From an uncultured Verrucomicrobiae bacterium (GTDB lineage Bacteria; Verrucomicrobiota; Verrucomicrobiia; Palsa-1439), in contig CAWEWF010000005.1 of NCBI GenBank assembly GCA_963812605.1, positions 96,001 through 160,000 of the forward strand: a stretch of DNA of 64,000 nt. The letters run 5' to 3'. A program made the position numbers and the translations under genes. The stretch's first letter is position 1. The number at the start of each line of letters is the position of its first letter. Positions 1 through 9,663 of the stretch are shown one piece after another. The notes under the pieces are model-generated. The model had not been told where the DNA came from. It was given only the letters and a program-made list of their open reading frames with translations, and made no database searches.

Positions 1-66
1 TAGCACACGTGAAGCAGGTGCGCCACGGAAAAGCTGCGAGTGATGGGAGGCTGACGGGCTTGGGTA

Positions 67-3000
67 CTACTGCTGGAATAGGCTGATGGTGACCTTCTCC
101 GCGGTTGAATCCGTACCCTTCAATGTCAGTGAAAGACGCGAGGCATTGAAGCTGCCGGAGAAGTTAATTGGCTTGCTGTCGAAGGTGATGTATCCGTACA
201 CCTTACTGCGAGAGGTCATCAGCAACTGCCCCACCACGGCGCCTGGAGCGTCGCTGGTGGCGATGTCGAAGAGGGCCGAATCATTCGCGTTGGAGCTGAT
301 CCGGTAGCTCACCTGCGTTGACGTCTGGACGACTGTTACCAGTCCCGTCCACGTGCCGCTGAGATCGCGGAACGTCGTCGCCGGAATGCCCTTCCAGTGG
401 AAGATGCCCATGCCAGTTGGCATCGTTCCTTTGACACTCTTAAGGCCCTTCACGGTCGCTAACAGCATCCCATTCCAATTGGTCACGTCCGCGGTCTGCC
501 CGACAAACGGTCCCGTCACCTGTCCCCTGGCGTTGAAGCCCCACTGACCCGAGACTTCGTCCAGCCCGAACGTCTTGAGGTGAATTCCATAGCCGCTGGC
601 GGTGAAGTCATCCTCGAAGGTCAGGAACTGAGCTCCCTTGTCGGCGCCACTGATCGTGACTTCCCAATCGCCAACAGGCGAGTTCCCGGCGCCAACCGTG
701 ATCGTGGCGCCGGCGGAAATGTTCGTCATACCCGATGTATCACTGGCGCGCGCGCTGAGAACGTGACTGCCGAACGCGGGATTCACCAGGAAGTTTGTCC
801 CCGGGTTCGAGGTCGTCTCCCCGAGTTTTGTGGTGCCATCGAAGAATTCGATCTTGCTGATTGCGGCGCCGCCGTTGGCGGCGGCGCTGGCGACAATGGC
901 GATCGTCAGATTGGTCAGGGGCGGATACAACATGCCGTTGGCCGGGCGGACGATGCTCACTGTCGGCGGCGAGCTCGCGGCGTTGGTCACGGTGATATAG
1001 TTCGAGAGCGTTAGCGTGTTCGAACCGAGCGGGCCGAACACCGTCAAGCTAACCGAGAAGGTTCCCGCGCCGGTGTAGGAGTGGCTCGGGCTGCTCAGCG
1101 TACTCGTGCCCCCATCACCAAAAGTCCACACGCGGTCCGTTACCGTGCCGCTGGAGGCATCGGTGAAATTCACCAGGAGCGTCGCGGCGCCGTTGGTTGG
1201 CGTACCGGTAAAGCCCGCAGTTGGCGCGCTTCCGGCCGAACCGGTGACGGTATTGCTTGAGACACCCCCGTTGCTCGCGAACACAACCGATCCGGTGAAG
1301 ACCCCCGCGGCCAACGGGTTGAATTTCACGTTGACCAGGCCCGTTTGACCCGTGCTTACGTTGAACGAACTGCTGCTCACAAGCGTAAACGGCGCGCCCG
1401 ACGCGGTCGTGGTGCCGATCAACGCCTGGCCTCCCGTATTGGCAATGAAGAACGTGAGCGTGCTACTTTGGCCCACCGGCAGGAATCCGAAATCGAGACT
1501 GCCGGGCGAGATGAGCAAATGCGATGGACTGTTTGTGACGGTGATATAATTGATGCGGATACTGCTCTGCGTGCCGCCGACCGGGCCGGTGTCGAAGAGG
1601 GATACGGTAAACACGCCCGTCGCGTTATAGGTGTAGGCCACGGTCGTGTTCAGGGTGTTCGTCGTCCCACCGTCCCCGAAGCTCCAGAAGCGGTCCGTGA
1701 TCGTGCCGGTCGTTGTATCGGTAAACGTGACGGTCAACGGCACGAGACCGCTGGTCGGGCTGCCGGTGAAACTGGGAACGGGAGTGATGGCGCTGCCACC
1801 CGTCACGGCATTCGTGGCTTCGCCACCGTTGCTGGCGAAGATCACCTGGTCGGTGAAACTGCCCGGGCTCGACGGCGTGAAAGCGACAACCACATTTGTC
1901 GAACCAAAGCCGGCGACGTTGAACGGGCTGCCCGAGACAACCGCGAACGGGGCGCCGCCGACGGTTGCGGTTCCAATGAGCGTTGCGCCGCAGGGGTTGG
2001 TCACTACGAAGCTGGCCTGTGCGGTTGTACCCGTCACGATCATTCCAAAATTGTGGCTCGCGGGCGACACGGCAATCGAGGCGCCCACCGAAGCCGCAGC
2101 CTCGTTCGAATTGGTGCTTTCGCCACCGGCATTCACCGCGGAGACCACGTAATAGTAGGTGGTGCAACCGGTGACATTGCTGTCGATGAAACTGGTGGTC
2201 GCGGGATTGGCATTGGTGGTGTACGGTCCGCCGCTGACCAACGCCCGCTTCACGAAGTAGCTCGCGGCGTTGGACGAGGCATTCCAATTCAACGTGACAA
2301 ACGAGGCGCCCGAGGTCGCTGTCAATCCCGTGGGTGTCGGCGGGGGAGGCGGGAGCGCGACGAAATTAAAAACGCGGACGTAATCGACCTGCATCTCGGC
2401 GGGAAGGCTGGGATTGATGCTGTTGGTGCTCGGATTGCCAACGTAATTGCCGCCGGTGGCGAGGTTCATGAGCAGGAAAAACGGCTGGTTGAACGGGAAG
2501 GGATAGGGGTTTCCCGTGGAACTCGACCAACTGGTTTGGGTTTCGTAAGGGACGCCATCGACCGACCACGTGATCGAGTTGGTGGTCCAATCCAGATCGT
2601 AAACATGGAAGTTGGTGACCGAGTCGCCGCCGGTGAAATTGAAGATTTGCGTCGCGTCGCTGCCGGAGTGGATGCTTCCCTGCTCGAAGGTGATGGTGGC
2701 CCCGTTATTTTCCACGACATCGATTTCGCCGCAGCCCGGCCAGGGGGTGTTGACGATGTTGGTCCCCAACATCCAGAGCGCCGGCCACATGCCGACGCCG
2801 GCGGGCAGTTTGGCGCGCCATTCGATGCGCCCGTACAGCGTCCAGAAAAGCCCCTGGGTCTTCATGCGGGCGGAGGTGAAGTTGAAACCGTTGGTGTTCT
2901 CTATTTGGGCGTGGATATGCAGCAAGCCGTCCGCAACGTACGCGTTGTTGGTGCGGTCGGTATAGAATTCCAATTCGTTGTTGCCCCAGCCGCCATTGTT

Positions 3001-3162
3001 ACCGGTGTCGAACGTCCACTTGGTGGTATCGACATTGGAACTGGTGGCGCTGTTGAACTCATCGCTCCAGACGAGCGACAGGGTTTGGCCGTGCGTCGCT
3101 GGTGTCATGGCCCCGAGCAATCCAATCAGGAGCAGGCCGCGGAAGGCCAAGGTCAAAAACAC
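67..3162 (-). CDS. Secreted multidomain GH16 (laminarinase-like) glycoside hydrolase with FN3, ASH/Ig-like, PKD and Big domains
   Basis: Signal peptide; WSDEF start motif, WPALWMLG and catalytic GEIDVVE; FN3 (PTGLTA..YYYVVSAVN); two PKD repeats (WSFGDG, WTFGDG); Big domain (PPTVSIVRP..KIEFFDG). Confidence 0.9.
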   Translation of the reverse strand: MFLTLAFRGLLLIGLLGAMTPATHGQTLSLVWSDEFNSATSSNVDTTKWTFDTGNNGGWGNNELEFYTDRTNNAYVADGLLHIHAQIENTNGFNFTSARMKTQGLFWTLYGRIEWRAKLPAGVGMWPALWMLGTNIVNTPWPGCGEIDVVENNGATITFEQGSIHSGSDATQIFNFTGGDSVTNFHVYDLDWTTNSITWSVDGVPYETQTSWSSSTGNPYPFPFNQPFFLLMNLATGGNYVGNPSTNSINPSLPAEMQVDYVRVFNFVALPPPPPTPTGLTATSGASFVTLNWNASSNAASYFVKRALVSGGPYTTNANPATTSFIDSNVTGCTTYYYVVSAVNAGGESTNSNEAAASVGASIAVSPASHNFGMIVTGTTAQASFVVTNPCGATLIGTATVGGAPFAVVSGSPFNVAGFGSTNVVVAFTPSSPGSFTDQVIFASNGGEATNAVTGGSAITPVPSFTGSPTSGLVPLTVTFTDTTTGTITDRFWSFGDGGTTNTLNTTVAYTYNATGVFTVSLFDTGPVGGTQSSIRINYITVTNSPSHLLISPGSLDFGFLPVGQSSTLTFFIANTGGQALIGTTTASGAPFTLVSSSSFNVSTGQTGLVNVKFNPLAAGVFTGSVVFASNGGVSSNTVTGSAGSAPTAGFTGTPTNGAATLLVNFTDASSGTVTDRVWTFGDGGTSTLSSPSHSYTGAGTFSVSLTVFGPLGSNTLTLSNYITVTNAASSPPTVSIVRPANGMLYPPLTNLTIAIVASAAANGGAAISKIEFFDGTTKLGETTSNPGTNFLVNPAFGSHVLSARASDTSGMTNISAGATITVGAGNSPVGDWEVTISGADKGAQFLTFEDDFTASGYGIHLKTFGLDEVSGQWGFNARGQVTGPFVGQTADVTNWNGMLLATVKGLKSVKGTMPTGMGIFHWKGIPATTFRDLSGTWTGLVTVVQTSTQVSYRISSNANDSALFDIATSDAPGAVVGQLLMTSRSKVYGYITFDSKPINFSGSFNASRLSLTLKGTDSTAEKVTISLFQQ

Positions 3163-3413
3163 CGGCTTGGATCGAAACAGTGAAATGATAAAGAGAACGT
3201 CGTGCCGCCATCGCGAACTGCCCTCGCATTACGCTTGGAACACTACACTCGGTCGCCTCCAAAATGCGATGTCAAATATGAATGATAACGTTTTCATTGC
3301 AGGGTCAACTGGCCGAACTAGATACGACGGCGAAGCAGGCTCACATCATGGTATTACAGAAAAAATGGCGCGTGGAGAATTCGTTTGCAGTAGACAGTTC
3401 AGACGCCTGGGCT

Positions 3414-3818
3414 TCATCGTCTTCTCACGGTCACATCAATAAGGCCAAGATCGGGGTCTGCCAGCCGCGCGAATGCCGCTCGGCTCAAGTCGATCTTTCG
3501 GCCCTCCTGAAAAAGTCGTCTCGCGGGGCCGCGATCGGTGATTTCCACGACCACGTTGCGGTCCTCATGCGTGACCACCACCTTCGTGCCGAGGGGGAAA
3601 GACCACGACGCAGCGGTGAGGTTATCGGGATCAAACCGCTGGCCATTGGCCATCGGGCGTCCACGATGGTCTTCTCCATACCATGAAGCCAGATCAGCAG
3701 CCTGGCAGTTGAGGCACAAAAACAGGAAGAGCGCAACGAGGCCGAGCCTTGCTGTCGTGAACAGCGTTTGTACTCCGCGCTTCCGAATTTGCTCGTGCAT
3801 CGGGCAACTGACATTCAT
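3414..3818 (-). CDS. rlpA: RlpA-like DPBB septal lytic transglycosylase
   Basis: ASWYG..GRPMANG..LTAAS..PLGT..ITDRGP..IDLSRAAF; start codon uncertain. Confidence 0.85.
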   Translation of the reverse strand: MNVSCPMHEQIRKRGVQTLFTTARLGLVALFLFLCLNCQAADLASWYGEDHRGRPMANGQRFDPDNLTAASWSFPLGTKVVVTHEDRNVVVEITDRGPARRLFQEGRKIDLSRAAFARLADPDLGLIDVTVRRR

Positions 3819-4128
3819 CGCGGCACCTCCATGACGAAGTTGTTCTCCCAACCGTCGAATCAGCTATACTAATTGGGATGATAATACGCGCCGTGAAGTT
3901 GCAGCGCCATCGGACGGACGGCGGAATTGTGGGTAGGGCTGAATCCTACGGGAAAACGCTGAGATGAGAGGGTAGACAGCGTCTAGTCTTCTTCTGATTT
4001 CTTCAAAAGTTCAGAATCAGCTTGTTAGCATTGTCAGAGGTGATACTGTGAGTGCTCGTCAGACTAAATGGGCGGAGGTCGTGCGGGAAATGTCGGTTGG
4101 ATAATTACCTTTCGCAACGGAAGCAACC

Positions 4129-5103
4129 GTGCAGAGAAACTGTTCAATGATGCCTGTCACCGCGCTGCTCGGTGTATTTCTGGTTGTCCTTTCTTCTGGG
4201 TGTGCCACTTCTTATCATTCTAGCGGTTACACTGGCGGATACTCTGATACACAGCTCGCCCCCGATGTTTTCAGGGTCGTCTTTCGTGGCAACGCCTACG
4301 CCCACGCTGAGCGTGTACAGGATTTCGCTTTGTTGCGCGCTTCGGAGTTAGTCTTGCAGCATGGCTTTGGGTATTTCGCTGTCATCGATGAGAGTAATTC
4401 AAGCACGCCAGTTGTATTCAACACCCCCGGTCATTCGTACACAACGGGCTCAGGTTCTGTCGTCGGTAATACTGTGGAGTATTCTGGACAAACGACCTAT
4501 TACCCCGGTGAGACTTACACGCTGTACAAATCGAAAACGGGGCTTCTCATCAAGGCATTCGTGACAAAACCGGAAGGCATTTTTACATTCGACGCGGCAT
4601 TCTTGCAGCAGTCGGTTAAGGGAAAGTATCGAATCAAGTCTGGTTCCGGAACCGCCGCATCCCCGAAGCAGGCACATAAGGCACTCGAAAAGGTTCGCTA
4701 TATGGAATTTGCAGGTAAACAACAGGAGTGGCCTCTGGCTCAAAAGGCTATGATTCAAGTTCAGAATACCAAATACGGGACGCCAATCTATTATGACCTG
4801 CCTAGCAAACGCTACGAAATCCTCGGCTCGTTTCAGGCTAACGGCGATAATGTCATCAAGCACACTGCGCAAGCTGCTCAAGCAGTCGGAGCCGATGCGG
4901 TGCTCATGGTCAATGATAAAGCATTTATTGATGCGGGCATTGAGTTTAATCCCCAAGTTTCTGCAAACGGGAGGAACACGAGCCGGCCAAACTCGATGGA
5001 AGGAATCTTTATTCGTTGGAGTCACGAGATCGCCATCCCGACAGCAGGATCGCCGCCCGCCTCGTCTGGTCGGGCGTCGGTACCACCGGTCGAATCAAAA
5101 TAA
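4129..5103 (+). CDS. Two-domain lipoprotein: CC0125/CC1285-like N-domain plus a YbjQ-like 'GADAV' domain
   Basis: Lipobox LSSGC; GGYSDTQL..VVFRGN..FALLRASEL..GFGYF; C-domain PIYYDLPSKRYEILG..GADAV; lower GC than flanks. Confidence 0.65.
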   Translation: MQRNCSMMPVTALLGVFLVVLSSGCATSYHSSGYTGGYSDTQLAPDVFRVVFRGNAYAHAERVQDFALLRASELVLQHGFGYFAVIDESNSSTPVVFNTPGHSYTTGSGSVVGNTVEYSGQTTYYPGETYTLYKSKTGLLIKAFVTKPEGIFTFDAAFLQQSVKGKYRIKSGSGTAASPKQAHKALEKVRYMEFAGKQQEWPLAQKAMIQVQNTKYGTPIYYDLPSKRYEILGSFQANGDNVIKHTAQAAQAVGADAVLMVNDKAFIDAGIEFNPQVSANGRNTSRPNSMEGIFIRWSHEIAIPTAGSPPASSGRASVPPVESK

Positions 5104-5308
5104 GTTGCCTTGGTTGGCAATGTCTGCCGACGCCGCGTGAGGGCACGCGGCTTACAACAGCCTTCGTGTCATCCGCGTCTGTTCGTGTTCTTCGTGGTGA
5201 ACTCTGCGGGCTCTGTGTCTCTATGGTTTATCCGGATGTTGCTCATGGCGATCTCTTCCAAGGTGGTGGATGCCGATAGATGTCAGTGACATCTATCAGA
5301 TTAGGTAA

Positions 5309-5567
5309 CGCGGACGCTGTCGCTATGGGGTGTGGTGGCATTTGGAGTGACGGAGGCACTCTGGTTGTTAGAAGGGGAGTTGGTGTCGTGGGAGATGGTT
5401 GCCGCGGAAGTGCAGCGCGCGGCGTTTGCCACGGGAGCACGGCGCGTGGCGTCTCATCGGATTCGGCTCCGTCTAACTCGGCTCGACAGGTTCAGCATGA
5501 CAGACGGAAGAAAGAGCGCGGACGCTGATGCTATGGGGTGTGGCGGCATTTGGAATGGCGGAGGCAC
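5309..5567. repeat. 51-bp imperfect direct repeat (5309-5359, 5517-5567)
   Basis: cgcggacgctgNNgctatggggtgtggYggcatttggaRtgRcggaggcac, 5 mismatches between copies. Confidence 0.85.
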
Positions 5568-5714
5568 GACGGCAACCGGGCCGGTCGCCCTACAATTCGG
5601 CAGAGGGACGGCGCGGCCTACCAACGGCGGAGGAGCGTAGGACGATCGGGAGATTGCCGCGAAGACATCATCGCGGCGTATCAGATGGCTTCCTCAACGT
5701 AACCGGTGAAGCGA

Positions 5715-6107
5715 TCAGAGTTGTTCCGATGCTACCAGCAAGTAAACTATCATCATCAGCGCGAGGAGCGCGACGCCGACGGTGACCGTCACAATCAAAC
5801 CGCGATTCGCCTGCACTTCGCCGCGCTCAATCGCCAGATTCACGAGGTGGTAGTGCCACGCCGCCAGGACCGCGAGCGCGCCGCCCAGAGCCATCATCGC
5901 CACACCAATCGGCAGCGACATGCCTGTGCTGTGGACGGGTATCTGCGGGGCAAGCCGCGTGGCGAGCTCGCGCAGCCACACGCCGAACTTGGCGACGACA
6001 AAACCGAGACTGATGACGGCGATACTGGTCCTGATCCATGCCAGAAACGTTCGCTCGTTCGCGAGATATTCCGTCGACTTTTTTTCTTCCGGTATCCTGG
6101 CTTTCAC
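5715..6107 (-). CDS. DUF202/YidH membrane protein
   Basis: YLANERTFLAWIRT motif and 3 TM segments; GTG start at 6107 inferred. Confidence 0.9.
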   Translation of the reverse strand: MKARIPEEKKSTEYLANERTFLAWIRTSIAVISLGFVVAKFGVWLRELATRLAPQIPVHSTGMSLPIGVAMMALGGALAVLAAWHYHLVNLAIERGEVQANRGLIVTVTVGVALLALMMIVYLLVASEQL

Positions 6108-6192
6108 AAGTAATTTTGTATCCCAACCCGACGGCCGCGTGACGAATGGGGGCAGATTCGGTGCTGCGCTCCGCTTTCGCCGCGCTGGTCCT

Positions 6193-6345
6193 TTAAAACC
6201 GGCCCATGAGAACCAATACGACCACAATCACGACTACGACTCCAAGGCCGCTGCTTGGGTAGAACCCCCAGTTTCGGCTGTGGGGCCAGGTAGGCAATGC
6301 GCCCACGAGAAGGAGAACGACCAATATCAAAAGAATTAATCCCAT
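6193..6345 (-). CDS. DUF3309 small membrane protein (50 aa, absent from ORF track)
   Basis: Hand translation MGLILLILVVLLLVGALPTWPHSRNWGFYPSSGLGVVVVIVVVLVLMGRF; AGGA upstream. Confidence 0.88.
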   Translation of the reverse strand: MGLILLILVVLLLVGALPTWPHSRNWGFYPSSGLGVVVVIVVVLVLMGRF

Positions 6346-6404
6346 GTTGTTGTTCCTTTCTTTGTTCCTGACAGTAAGTTACGCCAAGAGCTGATCCGCT
6401 TTCT

Positions 6405-6422
6405 ATGGGGTCAACACCCCAT
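6405..6422. promoter_or_regulatory. Palindromic putative operator ATGGGGT-CAAC-ACCCCAT
   Basis: Perfect 7-bp inverted repeat ~60 bp upstream of the DUF3309 start. Confidence 0.4.
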
Positions 6423-6606
6423 GGGGAAGAGAGCCAACGTCCAGCGTGAAACGCGCAACCTCGAAAAGGATTCGGGGCGGGCCGTCCAACGTTCAACGCG
6501 CGATTTCGCAGGATCGGGAGATTGCTTTGGTCAGGTGAAAAGGCGATGGGAAAATCTGCGCTTCACAGAAACGCAGCTACAACACGCGGGGGAAAGACGA
6601 CGGCAC

Positions 6607-6661
6607 GCGGGCGGGAGCCTACTTCGCGAGGACGCTACGAAGGCCAGGCTGCCCACGCCAC
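6607..6661. repeat. REP-like unit carrying an inserted hairpin; inverted copy at 49834-49890
   Basis: gcgggcggga-gcctacttcgcgaggacgctacgaaggccaggct-gcccacgccac is nearly identical to the reverse complement of 49834-49890. Confidence 0.85.
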
Positions 6662-6776
6662 CAAGAGAGGAACGTTGAGGTTTTTAGGAAAAAATCTATT
6701 GACGGGATGTTCCCTCTTGACCGGTTGCGGGCTGCATGGTAGCAAAGGGCTTTCAGTTAGAGGTTTTTACGAAATT

Positions 6777-7229
6777 ATGCGGTGTCCAAAATGCACGGGG
6801 GTGGACGATAAAGTGATTGATTCGCGCAGCAGCCGCGACGGGTTGTTGATTCGGCGGCGGCGGGAGTGCCTGAAATGCGGGGCGCGGTTCACGACCTACG
6901 AGGAGATTTTCCGCGAGAAATTGCGGGTGAAGAAGCGGGACGGCGAATATGAGGAATTTGACCGCCGCAAGCTGCTGGCGGGGATGGAGAAGGCCTGCGA
7001 GAAGCGGCCGGTGAGCACGGAGGAGATCGAGTCCCTGGCGGAGCGGGTGATCACCGAATTGGAAAACGAATTTGGCCGGGAAGTGCCTTCGAAGCAGATC
7101 GGCGAGCGCATCATGCAGCACCTGCGCAAGCTTGACGAAGTGGCTTACGTAAGGTTCGCCTCGGTGTATCGGCAGTTCCGCGACGCCGAGCAGTTCATAG
7201 ACGAGATCAAACAACTGGGCAAATCATGA
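6777..7229 (+). CDS. nrdR: Transcriptional repressor NrdR
   Basis: MRCPKC..VIDSR..IRRRREC..RFTTYE zinc ribbon, ATP-cone, VAYVRFASVY. Confidence 0.97.
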   Translation: MRCPKCTGVDDKVIDSRSSRDGLLIRRRRECLKCGARFTTYEEIFREKLRVKKRDGEYEEFDRRKLLAGMEKACEKRPVSTEEIESLAERVITELENEFGREVPSKQIGERIMQHLRKLDEVAYVRFASVYRQFRDAEQFIDEIKQLGKS

Positions 7230-7796
7230 TTCAAGCCGCATACCGACATCGTCTGGGTCAGGTTCGAGGACGGCCATCTGGCGCCGTTCGACGAACAGCG
7301 GCTGGCGCTGTCGATCCAGGACGTGGCGGAGCGCGCGGGCCACTCCGATTGGTGGCTGGCGGAATCCGTGGCGGCGGCGGTGCACGCGTACGCGATCAAA
7401 TGCCGTTCGGATGGCGTGATCCCCAGCCGCGAGATCGTGGAGATTGTGGTCGCGGTCCTGTCGACGCTGGGATTCGAGAAGATTTCCGAGGCGTACGCGG
7501 GCGATGAACATTCCGCGGCGATCCATCTCAACGACCTGGCGGCGCCAACGGGTGCGGCGTTTGAACTCGACTTTTTTCGTCGACTCGACGTGGCGCTGGA
7601 GGCGGCCGCGAATCATCGTCTATCGGCGATCGAGGTGGACGGCTTGCGGGCGTGCGTGATGCAGTTGCGGGGCGCGCAACGTTGGAATTCCGGTTGCCGT
7701 CAACTGGCCGAGGAAATCGTCGAGTATGTTCGCGAACGCGTCATGCGGGTACGCCCGGCGCAGGCCGCGTGCCTGCGGCTCGCCGTGGTGGAGTAG
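7226..7796 (+). CDS. Conserved hypothetical protein with ATP-cone-like N-terminus (1-bp insertion near 7231)
   Basis: Removing one base after ATG gives MIKPHTDIVWVRFEDGHLAPFDEQRLALSI..., continuous with ORF 7323-7796; ATGA overlap with nrdR. Confidence 0.6.
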
Positions 7797-7801
7797 CGGC
7801 C

Positions 7802-8146
7802 ATGGCCGACAACATTTTCGCCAAGATCATCCGCAAGGAAATCCCTGCCAAGATTGTTTATGAGGACGAGCGCGTGCTGGCGTTCCGCGACATCGACCCG
7901 AAGTCGCCCGTCCATATTCTCATCGTGCCGAAGAAGGACATTGCGCGCGTGTCGGAGGCGCGGGCCGAGGATGAACCGTTGCTGGGGCATCTGCTGATCG
8001 TTGCCGCGGAGATTGCGCGGAAGGAAGGCATCGACGGCACGGGCTATCGCATCGTGATCAACAAGGGCGCGCATGCGGGCGAGAGCGTGCCGCACCTGCA
8101 CGTGCATCTTCTCGGCGGTCGGGCGTTGAACTGGCCGCCCGGATGA
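7802..8146 (+). CDS. hinT: HIT family nucleotide-binding protein
   Basis: IFAKII..HILIVPK..HLHVHLLGGR. Confidence 0.93.
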   Translation: MADNIFAKIIRKEIPAKIVYEDERVLAFRDIDPKSPVHILIVPKKDIARVSEARAEDEPLLGHLLIVAAEIARKEGIDGTGYRIVINKGAHAGESVPHLHVHLLGGRALNWPPG

Positions 8147-8159
8147 GCGCCGTCTCCTT

Positions 8160-9663
8160 GTGAACGAACTCATTCTCTTCGAGGACGACGATCTGTTGGT
8201 CGTCAACAAGCCCTCGGGCATCAACACGCACAAGCCCGACCGCTTCGCGCCCGACGGGATCCACGAATGGCTGACCAAACGCGAAGCGCGCTGGCGAAAC
8301 CTTTCGATTCTCCAGCGGCTCGACAAAGACACGTCGGGGGTGATCGTTTTTGGGAAGAGCCAGCGGGCCAACCAATCGTTGACCCAACAATTCGAGAAGC
8401 ACACCGTTGAGAAGACGTATTTACTGCTCAGCGCCGTACGTCCGACGCGCCAGAAATTTTGGGCGAAGTCGCCGAACTGCGTGACGGAATTTGAGTTTGT
8501 CGATTCCAACGGCGATTACTTTCTTACGCAAGCGCGACCGCTCACGGGCAAGACACACCAGATTCGCCGCCACGCCGCGGAAAGCGGGTTCCCGATACTC
8601 GGCGATACACTTTATGAGGGGGAAGCGGCGCCGCGATTGATGCTCCACGCGTACAAGCTCGGCTTCGAACATCCGACGAGGGTGGAGCGCGTGTTGTTCG
8701 AGGCTTCGGTGCCGCGCGCGTTCGATGACGTGGACGCGCTGGTGGCGGCGGTGGAGTTTCGCGAACCTTTGTTCGGTGAGCCGACAAATGCCTTTCGCCT
8801 GGTCAGCGGGGCGGCGGATGATTTCGCGGAGGTGATCGTCGATTCGTATCGCGGGGACATTACTGGTCCAGTGGCAAACGGAGGCGGCGATGGCGCAAGA
8901 GGCGGAGTTGATCGAGCGATTGCAGCGAGAGTGCGAGCCGTCGGCGATCTATGCGCAATTGGTGACGAAGCAGAAGCGAATGGCGCCCCGACTGGTTTGG
9001 GGGAGCGAACTGGGACAGCGAGCATCCATCCGCGAAAACGGCCTGACGTACCTGATTAATTTCGGTGAAGGATTGGCGACCGGCATTTTTCTCGACCAGC
9101 GCGAGAACCGCCGGCGATTGTTGGCGCTGCCGCTCAAGGGAAAAACCGTCCTCAATACCTTTGCTTACACCTGCGCGTTTTCCGTCGCCGCCGCGAAGGC
9201 GGGCGCGGTGACGACGAGCGTGGACCTCTCGAAGAATTATCTGGAGTGGGGGAAGGACAACTTTCGCGCGAACGGTCTTGATCCCGCGACGCACGATTTT
9301 ATTTTCGGGGACGCGTTTGAGTGGCTGAAACGCCTGGCCAAACGCGGGCAACGTTGGGACGTTGTCATTCTCGATCCGCCGACCTTTTCGACAACGAAGA
9401 AAGGACGGGTGTTCCAGGCCGCGCGCGATTATGAGGAACTGGCGGCGCTGGCGATACCACTGGTGGCGCCGGGTGGTTGGCTGCTGTGCTCGACGAATCA
9501 GCGGACGCTGGAAGCCGAGCAATTCGAGAAGAGCATCCAGATCGCCGCGCAGAATTGCGAGCGCATCATGGAGTCGCTGGAGTTTGAGACCCTCCCGTTT
9601 GATTTTCGCGTGGCGCCGAAGGAACGGCCGTACTTGAAGACTTTCTGGGCCAGGCTGGAATAG
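8160..9663 (+). CDS. RluA-family pseudouridine synthase fused to an RlmI/RlmK-type SAM methyltransferase (frameshift ~8855)
   Basis: VVNKPSG, QRLDKDTSG, TGKTHQIRRH, PILGD; then TGIFLDQRENR, LNTFAYT, VILDPPTFS; one extra G in cgcgggg joins the two ORFs. Confidence 0.85.

Noticed and set aside
1345-3183. 612-aa plus-strand ORF and many other long antisense ORFs (e.g. 18111-19319, 33374-34402, 50431-51651)
   Set aside because: Shadow frames of well-supported genes in GC-rich DNA; Arg/Gly-rich with no motifs
3930-3965. c-di-AMP (ydaO) riboswitch suggested by GCTGAATCC near rlpA
   Set aside because: Wrong strand for rlpA, and the remaining conserved elements are absent
5160-5230. Short TTCGTG-type degenerate repeats (also ~53755) and ATTTGA heptamers (~51740)
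   Set aside because: Low-complexity intergenic filler; too short to support a functional claim
5309-5567. Possible CRISPR array
   Set aside because: Only two 51-bp units with a 157-bp spacer and no cas genes
6522-6776. 85-aa N-terminal extension of NrdR
   Set aside because: Runs through a REP and the promoter region; the canonical MRCP start is at 6777
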